Assembly (NCBI GenBank): GCA_035063585.1
Contig: JAPSGB010000034.1
Location: 1-48,755, forward strand
Origin: Polyangiaceae bacterium
Lineage (GTDB): Bacteria > Myxococcota_A > Polyangia > Polyangiales > Polyangiaceae
Direction: 5' to 3'
DNA length: 48,755 nt
A program made the translations under genes and the position numbers. This document shows, one piece after another, positions 29,223 through 37,564 of the stretch. Below the pieces are notes generated by a model. That model saw nothing but the letters and a program-made list of their open reading frames with translations, ran no database searches and had not been told where the DNA came from. Within the stretch, counting starts at the first letter, position 1. The number at the start of each line of letters is the position of its first letter.

Positions 29223-29304
29223 GCCGGCCTCCCCCCTTACGCACGTACCGTGCCTGCGAATGCCGGCCTGACTTCGCGGACTTGACGCGCAATTTCGCGC
29301 CTCG

Positions 29305-29343
29305 GAGTGCGCGCGCGGAGCGCGCGCGCATGCGCGCGCACTC
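29305..29343 (-). terminator. GC-rich inverted repeat at the stop of the upstream gene (possible terminator)
   Basis: gagtgcgcgcgc...gcgcgcgcactc 12-bp arms; no U-tract. Confidence 0.35.
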
Positions 29344-30989
29344 TACGGGGTGTGCCCGGCGGGACACGCGGCGGTCGCGATGCTCGCGCCGCTGAGGTCG
29401 AGCGCGGGCACCCCCGAGCTCTCGACGACGAGCTCGTGGCCGTCGCCCGACGACGCGAGCGCGAGCGGAGACGGCGGCGCGACGTCCCACGCGTTTCCGG
29501 CGAGCGACACGACCGCGCCCGGCGCGTACGACCCGAGCGCGCCGACGTCGTAACCGGGCGTGCTCGCGAGCTGCGCGGCGGAGTTGCAGCTAAAGACGTT
29601 GTCACCGGGGTCGGTCGGCGTCCCGAAGTCCACCGTGCCCCCCTTGATCCACAGCCCGACGTCATTGCCGACCACCCGATTGCGGCGCCCTCGAATCGCG
29701 GCACGCCCGGCCGCGATCGCGAGACCACGCGCGGTGGAGCCGGCGGGACCGGACACGCGCTCGATCACGTTGTCGTCGACCGTGGCGCGCACGAGCGGAT
29801 TGTCGAGGAGCAGGCCCCTCTGCGTGCAGTCGTGGACGTGGTTACCCGACACGATCGGCAAGAGGTCGGCGGAGACGTAGGTCCGAAACTCGTCGACGTG
29901 GATCCCGACCTTGCCGCCGAAGACCTCGTTGCGGAGCACGCGCGCGTGCTCCACGCAGCCCCAGAGCGCGACGCCGGCGTAGTCGCCGTCCATGATCGTG
30001 TTCGCGCCCGCGGCGGACCCGTCACCGACCTGGACGGCGACGGTCGGGCCTTGCTCGATCCCGTAGCCGCACCCGAACGCGAGGACGCCGATCCCCGGAC
30101 CGCGCAGCGTGCTGCCGGTGATGCGCGCGTTGCAGCCGCTCGACGCGGAGTTGGTGACGAGGAGCGCGTGGGGATATCCGGGCCCGAGCACGGCGCCGTC
30201 GATCACGAGGTTGGGCTCGGGAAATGGGCTCGGCGGCGGATCGACCTGCGGCGCGTTGCCTGCGGCGCAGAGCACACCCACCGCCGCGCTCGTCGACGCG
30301 CCGGGTTGGAGCGTGACGCCGGTGAGCCGCACCGGTTCGGTCGTGGTCGAGAGCACCGTCAGCGAATAGGTGCCCTGGAGCGAGCCGCCCAGCGGATCGA
30401 CCGATACGTCGGCGCCGCCCACGATCTTCGTCACGCCGGCGCCGGCGCCGATGATCGAGACCCCGAAGCTCGCGCGCAAGGGAAACACCTCACCCAGCGC
30501 CACGTCGTAGGTGCCCGGCGCGACGTAAAGCGCTCTCGAGCTCGCGCCGGACGCGGCGAGCGCCGCCAGACCGGCGGTGATGGTGCGGAGCGGACAGGCC
30601 GCGACGCCGGTCCCACCGGAGGCGACGGCGGCGTCGACGTACACGGCGTCGGGATCGAGGCCGAGCGGAGCGCATCCGCCATCCCCGGCCGCGCCCGCGC
30701 CGGCGTCCCCGGCCGCGCCCGCGCCGGCGTCCCCAGCCGCGCCCGCGCTGGCGTCCCCGGCCGCGCCCGCGCTGGCGTCCCCGGCCGCGCCCGCGCTGGC
30801 GTCCCCGGCCGCGCCCGCGCTGGCGTCCCCGGCCGCGCCCGCGCTGGCGTCCCCGCCCGCGCCCGCGCCGGCGTCGCCACCTACGCCAGCGTCACGCTCG
30901 AGCGGCACGACGTCGTCCACGCCCACGAGCGTCGAGCACGCCGTTGCCGCGACGATCAAGACCAAGAACCCCAAGCCCCTCGAGCCCAT
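29343..30989 (-). CDS. DUF1565-like / parallel beta-helix lipoprotein
   Basis: ATG 30989, lipobox ATAC; VYVD...CPLRTIT...VAPGTY...GEVFPL signature, beta-helix-like segments, DFGTPTDPGDNVF. Confidence 0.8.
   Translation of the reverse strand: MGSRGLGFLVLIVAATACSTLVGVDDVVPLERDAGVGGDAGAGAGGDASAGAAGDASAGAAGDASAGAAGDASAGAAGDASAGAAGDAGAGAAGDAGAGAAGDGGCAPLGLDPDAVYVDAAVASGGTGVAACPLRTITAGLAALAASGASSRALYVAPGTYDVALGEVFPLRASFGVSIIGAGAGVTKIVGGADVSVDPLGGSLQGTYSLTVLSTTTEPVRLTGVTLQPGASTSAAVGVLCAAGNAPQVDPPPSPFPEPNLVIDGAVLGPGYPHALLVTNSASSGCNARITGSTLRGPGIGVLAFGCGYGIEQGPTVAVQVGDGSAAGANTIMDGDYAGVALWGCVEHARVLRNEVFGGKVGIHVDEFRTYVSADLLPIVSGNHVHDCTQRGLLLDNPLVRATVDDNVIERVSGPAGSTARGLAIAAGRAAIRGRRNRVVGNDVGLWIKGGTVDFGTPTDPGDNVFSCNSAAQLASTPGYDVGALGSYAPGAVVSLAGNAWDVAPPSPLALASSGDGHELVVESSGVPALDLSGASIATAACPAGHTP
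30682..30873. repeat. 24-bp tandem repeat x8 encoding a GDA[S/G]AGAA linker
   Basis: Unit tccccggccgcgcccgcgctggcg with few substitutions. Confidence 0.92.
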
Positions 30990-31006
30990 CTCGCGGGAAC
31001 GATAGC

Positions 31007-32464
31007 TCAACGCCGGATGACCAAGCCATGCTTCTTGATCAGGCGATACAGCGCGTCGCGGCTGCTCAGCCCGAGCTCGCGGGACGCCCGCTCCTGGTTG
31101 CCGCGGTGACGATCGAGGCAGGCCTGGATCGCGTCCGGCGAGTGAGCTCGCGCGCTCGGCGGGGGGGGCGCGTGGTGCCCTGCGAGCTGCGCGTCGACCT
31201 CGGGCGTCAGCGCGATGAAGTGCGCGCGGCTGCCTGCCATCGCCGACCACACCAGCGCCGCCAGCTCGCGCGCGTGATGGGTGAACGAGTGCCGCACCAG
31301 GCGCTCGACCAGCCGCGGGTCGAGGCGCGGTTCGCCGGCGGCGCCGTCCCAACCCTCGAAGAAGCGCTCGCCGAGCTTCGCGTCACGCGCGGCGGCGCGT
31401 CGCAGGAGCGCTCGCGCGATGAGCGGGATGTCCTCGCGGCGAGCGCCGAGGGGCGGGGTGGTGACGCGGAGCTCGAGGCGCGCGAAGAGGTCGTGCTTGA
31501 GCTGGTGGGCGGGCCGGTTCGTCGCGCCGAGCACGCGCACGTCCGAGCGCCGCATGGTCGGATCCCCGAGGCGCTGGTACTCGCCGCTGTCGAGCACCCG
31601 CAGGAGGTGCGACTGCAGGTCCGAGGCGAGCTCGCCCAGCTCGTCGAGGAACAGCGTGGAGCCGTCCGCCTCGCCGATCAACCCCGTGCGCTCGACCATT
31701 CCCGGGTTCGGGTAGTTTCTGGCGTTGCCGAAGAGCTCGGCGTCGATGAGGCCCGGCGGCAGGGTCGCCGCGTTGCGCGCGAGCAGGCGCCTGCCGGCGC
31801 GCCGCGAGAGCGCGTGCAGCGCCTGCGCCGCGAGCTCCTTGCCCGACCCGCTCTCGCCCAAGAGGAGCACGTGCCCTTCGCGCCCGGCCAGGAACGCCAG
31901 CCGGTCGCGGAGCGCCCATGCCTCGGCGCTCTCACCCACGATCCCGTGCCGGTCGGGGCCGCCGAACGGAAACTGGGCCTGCGCGGGGTACTCCGCGAGC
32001 TCGGCCATCGTGGCGCGAGTGTTGATGCAGAGCAGCACGAGCTCGCCCTCGAAGGTCAAGGTGTCGCCGGGCCGGAGCACGCCGCGCGTGGTGAGCTCGC
32101 CGTTCAGCCGCATCGGGCACCGGCCGCGGCGCTCGACCTCGACGCGCCCCGCCGAGGTCGAGAGGGTCGCCTGCTCCCGACTGACCCCCGAACCTGTAAT
32201 CGAGCGCGCCGGCCCCTCACCGCCGAGCCGGTCCGGCCGGCGCGCCGTGAAGCGCAGGCGCGGCAGCGGATCGCTCGCGCTCGGCTCGCCTCGCCCGAGC
32301 AGGCGCGCGCCGCCGGCGGGGAGCAGCGCGACCTCGCCGACGCGCCCCGGCTCGGGTTGCGACCAGGCGATGACGAGGCCGAGCCGCTCTCCGGCGGTGT
32401 CGTCCCTGGCGCGGGGCATCCACCCCGCTCCGGAATCCGTGGTCGACGTGTCCGCGACCCCCAT
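31007..32464 (-). CDS. FHA-like + NtrC-type AAA+ + Fis-HTH transcriptional regulator, lacking GAFTGA
   Basis: GESGSGKE, TLFLDELGEL, LLRVLD, GATNR, RREDIP; C-terminal HTH (GNQERASRELGLSSRDALYR); N-terminal LLGR...VSREQ. Confidence 0.9.
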   Translation of the reverse strand: MGVADTSTTDSGAGWMPRARDDTAGERLGLVIAWSQPEPGRVGEVALLPAGGARLLGRGEPSASDPLPRLRFTARRPDRLGGEGPARSITGSGVSREQATLSTSAGRVEVERRGRCPMRLNGELTTRGVLRPGDTLTFEGELVLLCINTRATMAELAEYPAQAQFPFGGPDRHGIVGESAEAWALRDRLAFLAGREGHVLLLGESGSGKELAAQALHALSRRAGRRLLARNAATLPPGLIDAELFGNARNYPNPGMVERTGLIGEADGSTLFLDELGELASDLQSHLLRVLDSGEYQRLGDPTMRRSDVRVLGATNRPAHQLKHDLFARLELRVTTPPLGARREDIPLIARALLRRAAARDAKLGERFFEGWDGAAGEPRLDPRLVERLVRHSFTHHARELAALVWSAMAGSRAHFIALTPEVDAQLAGHHAPPPPSARAHSPDAIQACLDRHRGNQERASRELGLSSRDALYRLIKKHGLVIRR

Positions 32465-32493
32465 CCCGTGGCTTAGTATACAATCACCGCACC
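32465..32493. promoter_or_regulatory. Overlapping divergent -10 hexamers for the regulator and the kinase
   Basis: TACAAT (+, 32479-32484) is 9 nt before GTG 32494; TATACT (-, 32475-32480) is 10 nt before ATG 32464. Confidence 0.6.
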
Positions 32494-33834
32494 GTGAGCA
32501 ACATCCCTGAAGAGCTCGCGCTCGTGTTCGCGCCCGGCACCATCGTCGCGGGACGGTACCGCGTCGAGCGCGTGCTCGGCCAGGGAGGCATGGGGCTCGT
32601 GGTCGCGGCGCGGCACCTCGACCTCGAGCGCACGGTGGCGCTGAAGTTTCTGCTCACCCGCGGCTCGGAGCGCCCCGCGCTCCTCACGCGCTTCAGCCGT
32701 GAAGGGCGGGCAGCGGCGCGGCTCGAGGGAGAGCACGTCGCGCGCGTCCTCGACTCGGGCGACCTGCCGTCGGGCGGGCGCTTCCTCGCGATGGAATACC
32801 TCGAGGGGCGCGATCTCCGCGCGCTGATCGCCGAGGACGCGCCGCTCGCGGTGGAGCGCGCGGTCGAGCTGGTCCTCGAGGCGTGCGAGGCGGTCGCCGA
32901 GGCGCACGCGCTCGGCATCATCCATCGCGATCTCAAGCCGGCGAACCTGTTCCTCGCGCGCTCGCGCGGCGGCGGCGAGAGCGTGAAGGTCCTCGACTTC
33001 GGGATCTCGAAGCTGCTCGACGATCCGAGCGGGGACGGTGATATCACCGAGTCGGGCGAGGTGTTCGGCTCCCCGCGGTACATGTCGCCCGAGCAGCTCC
33101 GCTCCGCGCGCGATGTCACGGGCCGGACGGACGCCTGGGCGCTCGGGTGCGTCCTCTTCGAGCTGTGCGTCGGGCACCCGCCGTTCGACGCAGCGACGCG
33201 CGCGGACGTCGTCGCGGCCATCCTGCGCGAGCCGGCGCCTTCGGCGCGCGCGCTCCGCGCGGACGTCCCGGTCGAGCTCGACGCCGCGATCGCGGCCGCG
33301 CTGTGCAAGGAGCCGAACCAGCGCCCCACCATCGCCGAGCTCGCGCGGCGCATCGCGCCGCACGGCACGACCCGCGCGGCGCAGTCGCTCGAGCGGATCG
33401 AGGCTCTGGGCGCCGCAGCCGACGACCACGCCGCCGTCACCACGCCGCCCGCGGGCTACGTCGCCCCCAGCACGGACACCTTCGCCGGCACCGGCGCGAC
33501 ACTCCCGCCGCCCCGTCGCGTCCGCGCGCTCCTCCCGTGGCTCGCCGCGGGCCTGGCGCTCGGGGCCGCCGCGTGGCTCGCCTGGCCGCGCGCGGCCGGC
33601 CCGACGCCACCCGCGGCCGCCGCGCCGACGCCGCTCGCGCGAGCGCTGCCCTCGCCGCCGCCGGTGGCACTGGCGCCGAGCGCCGCGCCCTCTCGGGCAG
33701 CGGCTCCGTCGCTCGCGATCCGCGCGGTTCCGCGCCGCGCCGCCAAGCCTGGCTCACACGAGCCGACCGGCGCGCCCCGAGCCCGGGTCGTCGCGCAGCA
33801 CGGCTGCCCGGATCCGCTATGCGCGCGCAAGTAG
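32494..33834 (+). CDS. Membrane Ser/Thr protein kinase
   Basis: GQGGMG, VALK, HRDLKPAN, DFG, YMSPE; TM helix; Pro/Ala-rich tail ending GCPDPLCARK. Confidence 0.95.
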   Translation: MSNIPEELALVFAPGTIVAGRYRVERVLGQGGMGLVVAARHLDLERTVALKFLLTRGSERPALLTRFSREGRAAARLEGEHVARVLDSGDLPSGGRFLAMEYLEGRDLRALIAEDAPLAVERAVELVLEACEAVAEAHALGIIHRDLKPANLFLARSRGGGESVKVLDFGISKLLDDPSGDGDITESGEVFGSPRYMSPEQLRSARDVTGRTDAWALGCVLFELCVGHPPFDAATRADVVAAILREPAPSARALRADVPVELDAAIAAALCKEPNQRPTIAELARRIAPHGTTRAAQSLERIEALGAAADDHAAVTTPPAGYVAPSTDTFAGTGATLPPPRRVRALLPWLAAGLALGAAAWLAWPRAAGPTPPAAAAPTPLARALPSPPPVALAPSAAPSRAAAPSLAIRAVPRRAAKPGSHEPTGAPRARVVAQHGCPDPLCARK

Positions 33835-34829
33835 CGCTGCTCTGCGCGCTGAGCGCGACGCCCGCGCTCGCCCAGACGCGAGCGTCGGCCGAGCAGGCGG
33901 CCGCCGCGGAGTCGCTGTTCGAGAGCGCGAAGGGGCTGATGGCCGAGCAGCGCTACGCCGCCGCGTGCGCACGCTTCGCGGACTCCTACCGGCTCGATCC
34001 GGGCGTCGGGGTGCTGCTCTATCTCGGCGACTGCTACGAGAAGAACGGGCAAACGGCGAGCGCATGGGCGACGTTTCGCGACGCCGTGGCGTCGGCGCGC
34101 GCCGCGCAGCAACCGGCACGCGCGGCCGCCGCGCAGCAGCGCGCCGACGCCCTCGAGCCGCGCCTCTCACGCCTCCGCATCGTGGTGCCGCCGGCGAGCG
34201 CGGTCGAGGGGCTCGTCATCCGGCGTGATCGCGTCGCGCTCGCGCGAGCCGTCCTCGACGTACCCGTCGCGGTCGATCCCGGAACGTTCGCGATCGAGGC
34301 CAGCGCGCCAGGGCGCGTCGCGTTCTCGACGCGCGTCGAGGTCCCCGCGGGTCCGGCCACCGTCGAGGTCACGATCCCGCCGCTCGCCGTCGAGCCTGCC
34401 GCGTCGGCTGCGCCGGCTCCCGCCGCTCCGCTCCGCGCGCGTACCGCACGGGCCGCTCAGCCGGCGCGGGCGCGCGCGGGGATGGCGACGCCGCGACCGC
34501 TCGTGTTCGCGCTCGCAGGTGTCGGCGCCGCGGGGCTCATCGTCGGGTCGGTGTACGGGCTGAAGACCATCTCGACCTGGAGCGACGCGCGCGCCCATTG
34601 CGACGCGGGCTCGCCGCGGCGCTGCGACGACATCGGCCTCGGGCTGCAGCGCGACGCGCGGCAGGACGGGATGATCTCCACGCTCGCCTTCGCCGCCGGA
34701 GGCGCCGCCACGCTCGGCGCGGCCGTGCTGTGGCTCACCGCCGCGCCGCCCCGCGCGACCACCGGTTGGCGGCTCGTGCCCGCGCTCGATCGCTCGACCG
34801 TGGTGGCGACGGCGGCCGGCGCGTTCTGA
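33819..34829 (+). CDS. TPR-like + PEGA-like exported protein
   Basis: Signal peptide, TPR-like helices (LGDCYEKNGQTASAW), PEGA-like VDPGTFAIEASAPG, two hydrophobic segments, terminal ...AGAF; overlaps kinase stop. Confidence 0.82.
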   Translation: MRAQVALLCALSATPALAQTRASAEQAAAAESLFESAKGLMAEQRYAAACARFADSYRLDPGVGVLLYLGDCYEKNGQTASAWATFRDAVASARAAQQPARAAAAQQRADALEPRLSRLRIVVPPASAVEGLVIRRDRVALARAVLDVPVAVDPGTFAIEASAPGRVAFSTRVEVPAGPATVEVTIPPLAVEPAASAAPAPAAPLRARTARAAQPARARAGMATPRPLVFALAGVGAAGLIVGSVYGLKTISTWSDARAHCDAGSPRRCDDIGLGLQRDARQDGMISTLAFAAGGAATLGAAVLWLTAAPPRATTGWRLVPALDRSTVVATAAGAF

Positions 34830-34946
34830 GCCGCTCGCCGGCCCCCGCGTCCGAGCCCGAGCGGCGCGACGTGCTCGGCGGCGCGGCCGTCCGGCGCCGC
34901 CGGCCGCGCCGAACCTACCCGACCTCCCCTGCCATCTCTCGCGCGC

Positions 34947-35882
34947 TCAGCCCATCCGGCGCTCGCTCGCCGAGTCGGGCAGGATGAGCTCCGTTCCGGA
35001 TTCGCGCTCGCTCGGCGCGCGCTCGCTCGGCTCGGCCGCATCGAGGGCGACGGCGAGCGCGTTCCACATGGCGCGGACGCGACGAAACCGCTCACCCTGC
35101 TCGACGGCGAGCGCCTGCGCGACCCACTCGTCGACCTCGCTCGGCAGGTCCGGACGGAGCGCGCAGAGGCTCGGGCGCGGCGCGCTCGTGACGAGCGTGA
35201 GCTTCTCGCGGAGCGTCGCGCCCTCGAAGGGCACTCGACCGGCGAGCGCGCGGAAAATGATGGCGCCGAGCGAGTAGACGTCGAGGCGCTCGTCGGCGTC
35301 GAGCTCGCCACGCCAGATCTCGGGAGCGATGTAGCTGGGCGAGCCGATGAGCATCCCGTCGCGAGTGAGCGCGCGCGCGCCGGGCGCCTTGGCGAGCCCG
35401 AAGTCGAGCAGGCGGACGCCGCGTCGCTCCGACAGAACGAAGAGGTTTCCCGGCTTCAGATCGCGGTGGACGATGCCGCGGAGATGCGCGAGCTCGAGCG
35501 TGTCGACGATGGGGCCGAGGAGCCGAACCAACTCGGCCACCGAGAGGCGCTCGCCGCGCGCCTCGCACGCGGCCAGGTATTCATCCAAATCCTGACCCTC
35601 GAGGAGCTCCATCACCAGGCACACGACCCCGCGCGCGTTGGTCCTGAGGCTCAGGACGCGCACCGCCGCGGTGCCAGTGAGCGCCGCGGTGACGCGCTGC
35701 TCACGCACCATGCGCACCGTGTACTCGGGGTCCTCCGCGATCGACTCGTGGAGCACCTTCACCGCGACGTCGCGCCCGCCCTCGAGATCCCGCGCGCGGT
35801 AGACGACGCTGTGGCCTCCGCGCCCGACCACTTGCTCGAGCCGGTAGCGCCCCGCGATGAGCTGACCCGTGTCGTCCGACAT
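34947..35882 (-). CDS. Cytoplasmic Ser/Thr protein kinase
   Basis: GRGGHS, VAVK, HRDLKPGN, DFG, YIAPE; no TM; start ATG 35882. Confidence 0.93.
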   Translation of the reverse strand: MSDDTGQLIAGRYRLEQVVGRGGHSVVYRARDLEGGRDVAVKVLHESIAEDPEYTVRMVREQRVTAALTGTAAVRVLSLRTNARGVVCLVMELLEGQDLDEYLAACEARGERLSVAELVRLLGPIVDTLELAHLRGIVHRDLKPGNLFVLSERRGVRLLDFGLAKAPGARALTRDGMLIGSPSYIAPEIWRGELDADERLDVYSLGAIIFRALAGRVPFEGATLREKLTLVTSAPRPSLCALRPDLPSEVDEWVAQALAVEQGERFRRVRAMWNALAVALDAAEPSERAPSERESGTELILPDSASERRMG

Positions 35883-36000
35883 CCGCTTCGAGCCCGGACG
35901 CAGCCCCGGGCCATCGAGGCATGCCCCGGCCGCGCCCGAGTCGCAAGCGCCTCCCCTCCCGCGCGCGCGCCGGCCCATTTCTCGCGGGCCTCGCGCGAGC

Positions 36001-36945
36001 TCAGCGCACGGTCACGGTGCGGAGGCTCACCATCACGAGCGCGTCGCTCCCGGGGTACTTGCCCCAGACGCTCACCTCGTACCGCCCGGGCCGCCGCCGG
36101 TCGTCGAGCGCCACCTCGATGCCGAAGCGGTTGCCCTGGACGCTCACCGGGCGTGGCGTCTGGAAGCCCGCGGGGAAAAAGAGGACGTAAGGCTCCGGGA
36201 CGGCGTAGGTGGAGGTCTGGTTGAGCGCCGCGGCCGGCGTCGGGCGCGCCGGCTCGATGCGCGCGAGCCCGACGCCGCCGAACTCCACCGGAGCCGTGAT
36301 GGTGCCGGTGACGTCCACCGTGGCGCCCACCCGCGCCTCCGCCGGCAGCGCGCCATACTCTCCGTAGTCGTCGACGAACTCCTGCGCCAAGCAGGGCTGG
36401 GCGATCCCGACCGGCTGGGCGAGCCCGAGCCCGAGCCGGTTGTGCACCGGCTTCAAGATGTTGCGTCGATGGCCGTCGTTCGGGGGCACCTCGCCGAGGA
36501 ACGCCGCCTCGAGCCGCTCGAGCGCGCCCGGATCGAAGCGCGGGTCCGGGTCGAGCGCGCGCGCCTCGCCATCGAAGAAGCACGCGGCGTTCTCCTGCGC
36601 CACGTCGGTGCCGCCCGCCTCGGTGTAGCGCTGCTCGGGGACGGAGCCGTCGCTGCCCCAGTGCGCGGTGAAGCCGCGCGTCGTCATGTCCTCCACGTGA
36701 CGTTGCGCGGCGCGGGTCGCGGTGTCGTCGAGCTCCACCGCTCCGAGCCCCGCCTCGGCGCGATCGCGGTTCACGAGCGCGAGGAGATACGCGCGCGCGT
36801 CGGCGAGCCGGAGCGGCCCCGTCGGGCGCGTCACATCGCCACCTACCGGTTGGTAAGTCTCACGAGCGGAGCCTCCCGGCCGGCAGCCGAAGAGGGCCGC
36901 GAGGAGCGCGAGCGAGGCGAGCGAGGCGAGAGCGTGCCGGCGCAC
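36001..36945 (-). CDS. CAP (SCP-like) domain lipoprotein
   Basis: Lipobox LFGC; LVNRDR, AQRHVEDM, FTAH, QEN, GHRRNIL. Confidence 0.88.
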   Translation of the reverse strand: MRRHALASLASLALLAALFGCRPGGSARETYQPVGGDVTRPTGPLRLADARAYLLALVNRDRAEAGLGAVELDDTATRAAQRHVEDMTTRGFTAHWGSDGSVPEQRYTEAGGTDVAQENAACFFDGEARALDPDPRFDPGALERLEAAFLGEVPPNDGHRRNILKPVHNRLGLGLAQPVGIAQPCLAQEFVDDYGEYGALPAEARVGATVDVTGTITAPVEFGGVGLARIEPARPTPAAALNQTSTYAVPEPYVLFFPAGFQTPRPVSVQGNRFGIEVALDDRRRPGRYEVSVWGKYPGSDALVMVSLRTVTVR

Positions 36946-37052
36946 GGCGTCGCTTATACCCGCCCGAGCAATCTGGCGGGAGCCGGGTTGTGCGAGAAGG
37001 AAGATGGGTTACATTGCGGCCCTCTTCGACCCTTTGCGAGGAAAGACGACCG

Positions 37053-37541
37053 ATGCTCGATCTCCCGGATCCCGGCCTTTATCGCACCACGCAGCCCTTG
37101 CCAGGCCACGAGGACGCCTTCCCGGCCGGCGTGCTCGTCTTCATCGGACAGCCCGCCGACGGCGGCGCGAAGTTCGTGGTGCGGCCCGGTCAGAACCGGC
37201 GCAACCGCTGGTTCTGGGGGGACCCGACCACGCCGCTCCGCTCCACGACCTGGGCCAAGACGCTGATGGCGCTCCCCTCCGAGGGTTTCTACACCTTGCC
37301 CCAGACGCTCGAGTTCGAGGGAGGCGGCAAGTGGCTGAAGAACGCGGTCGTCGAGCTCGGCTACAACGAGAACGGCCAGGGCATCATCTTCGTCGGCGAG
37401 TGGCGCGAGGACGGCGACACCAACGCGCTCTTCTTCAGCGATCGCGGCATGATGATCGACGACGGGCTCTTGAAGCGCCTCACCTGGGCGCCGATCCTGC
37501 CGACCACCACCGGCGCCGCGGCCACCCAAGCGAACGCCTGA
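37053..37541 (+). CDS. Hypothetical cytoplasmic protein
   Basis: GAGGA SD; 162 aa with strong GC3 codon bias and aromatic-rich globular composition. Confidence 0.8.
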   Translation: MLDLPDPGLYRTTQPLPGHEDAFPAGVLVFIGQPADGGAKFVVRPGQNRRNRWFWGDPTTPLRSTTWAKTLMALPSEGFYTLPQTLEFEGGGKWLKNAVVELGYNENGQGIIFVGEWREDGDTNALFFSDRGMMIDDGLLKRLTWAPILPTTTGAAATQANA

Positions 37542-37564
37542 GGCGCGCGGCGCGGCCGGCGCCC

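Noticed and set aside
30990..31352. N-terminal extension of the 669-aa ORF 29343-31352
   Set aside because: Overlaps the regulator gene; ATG 30989 gives a proper lipoprotein signal
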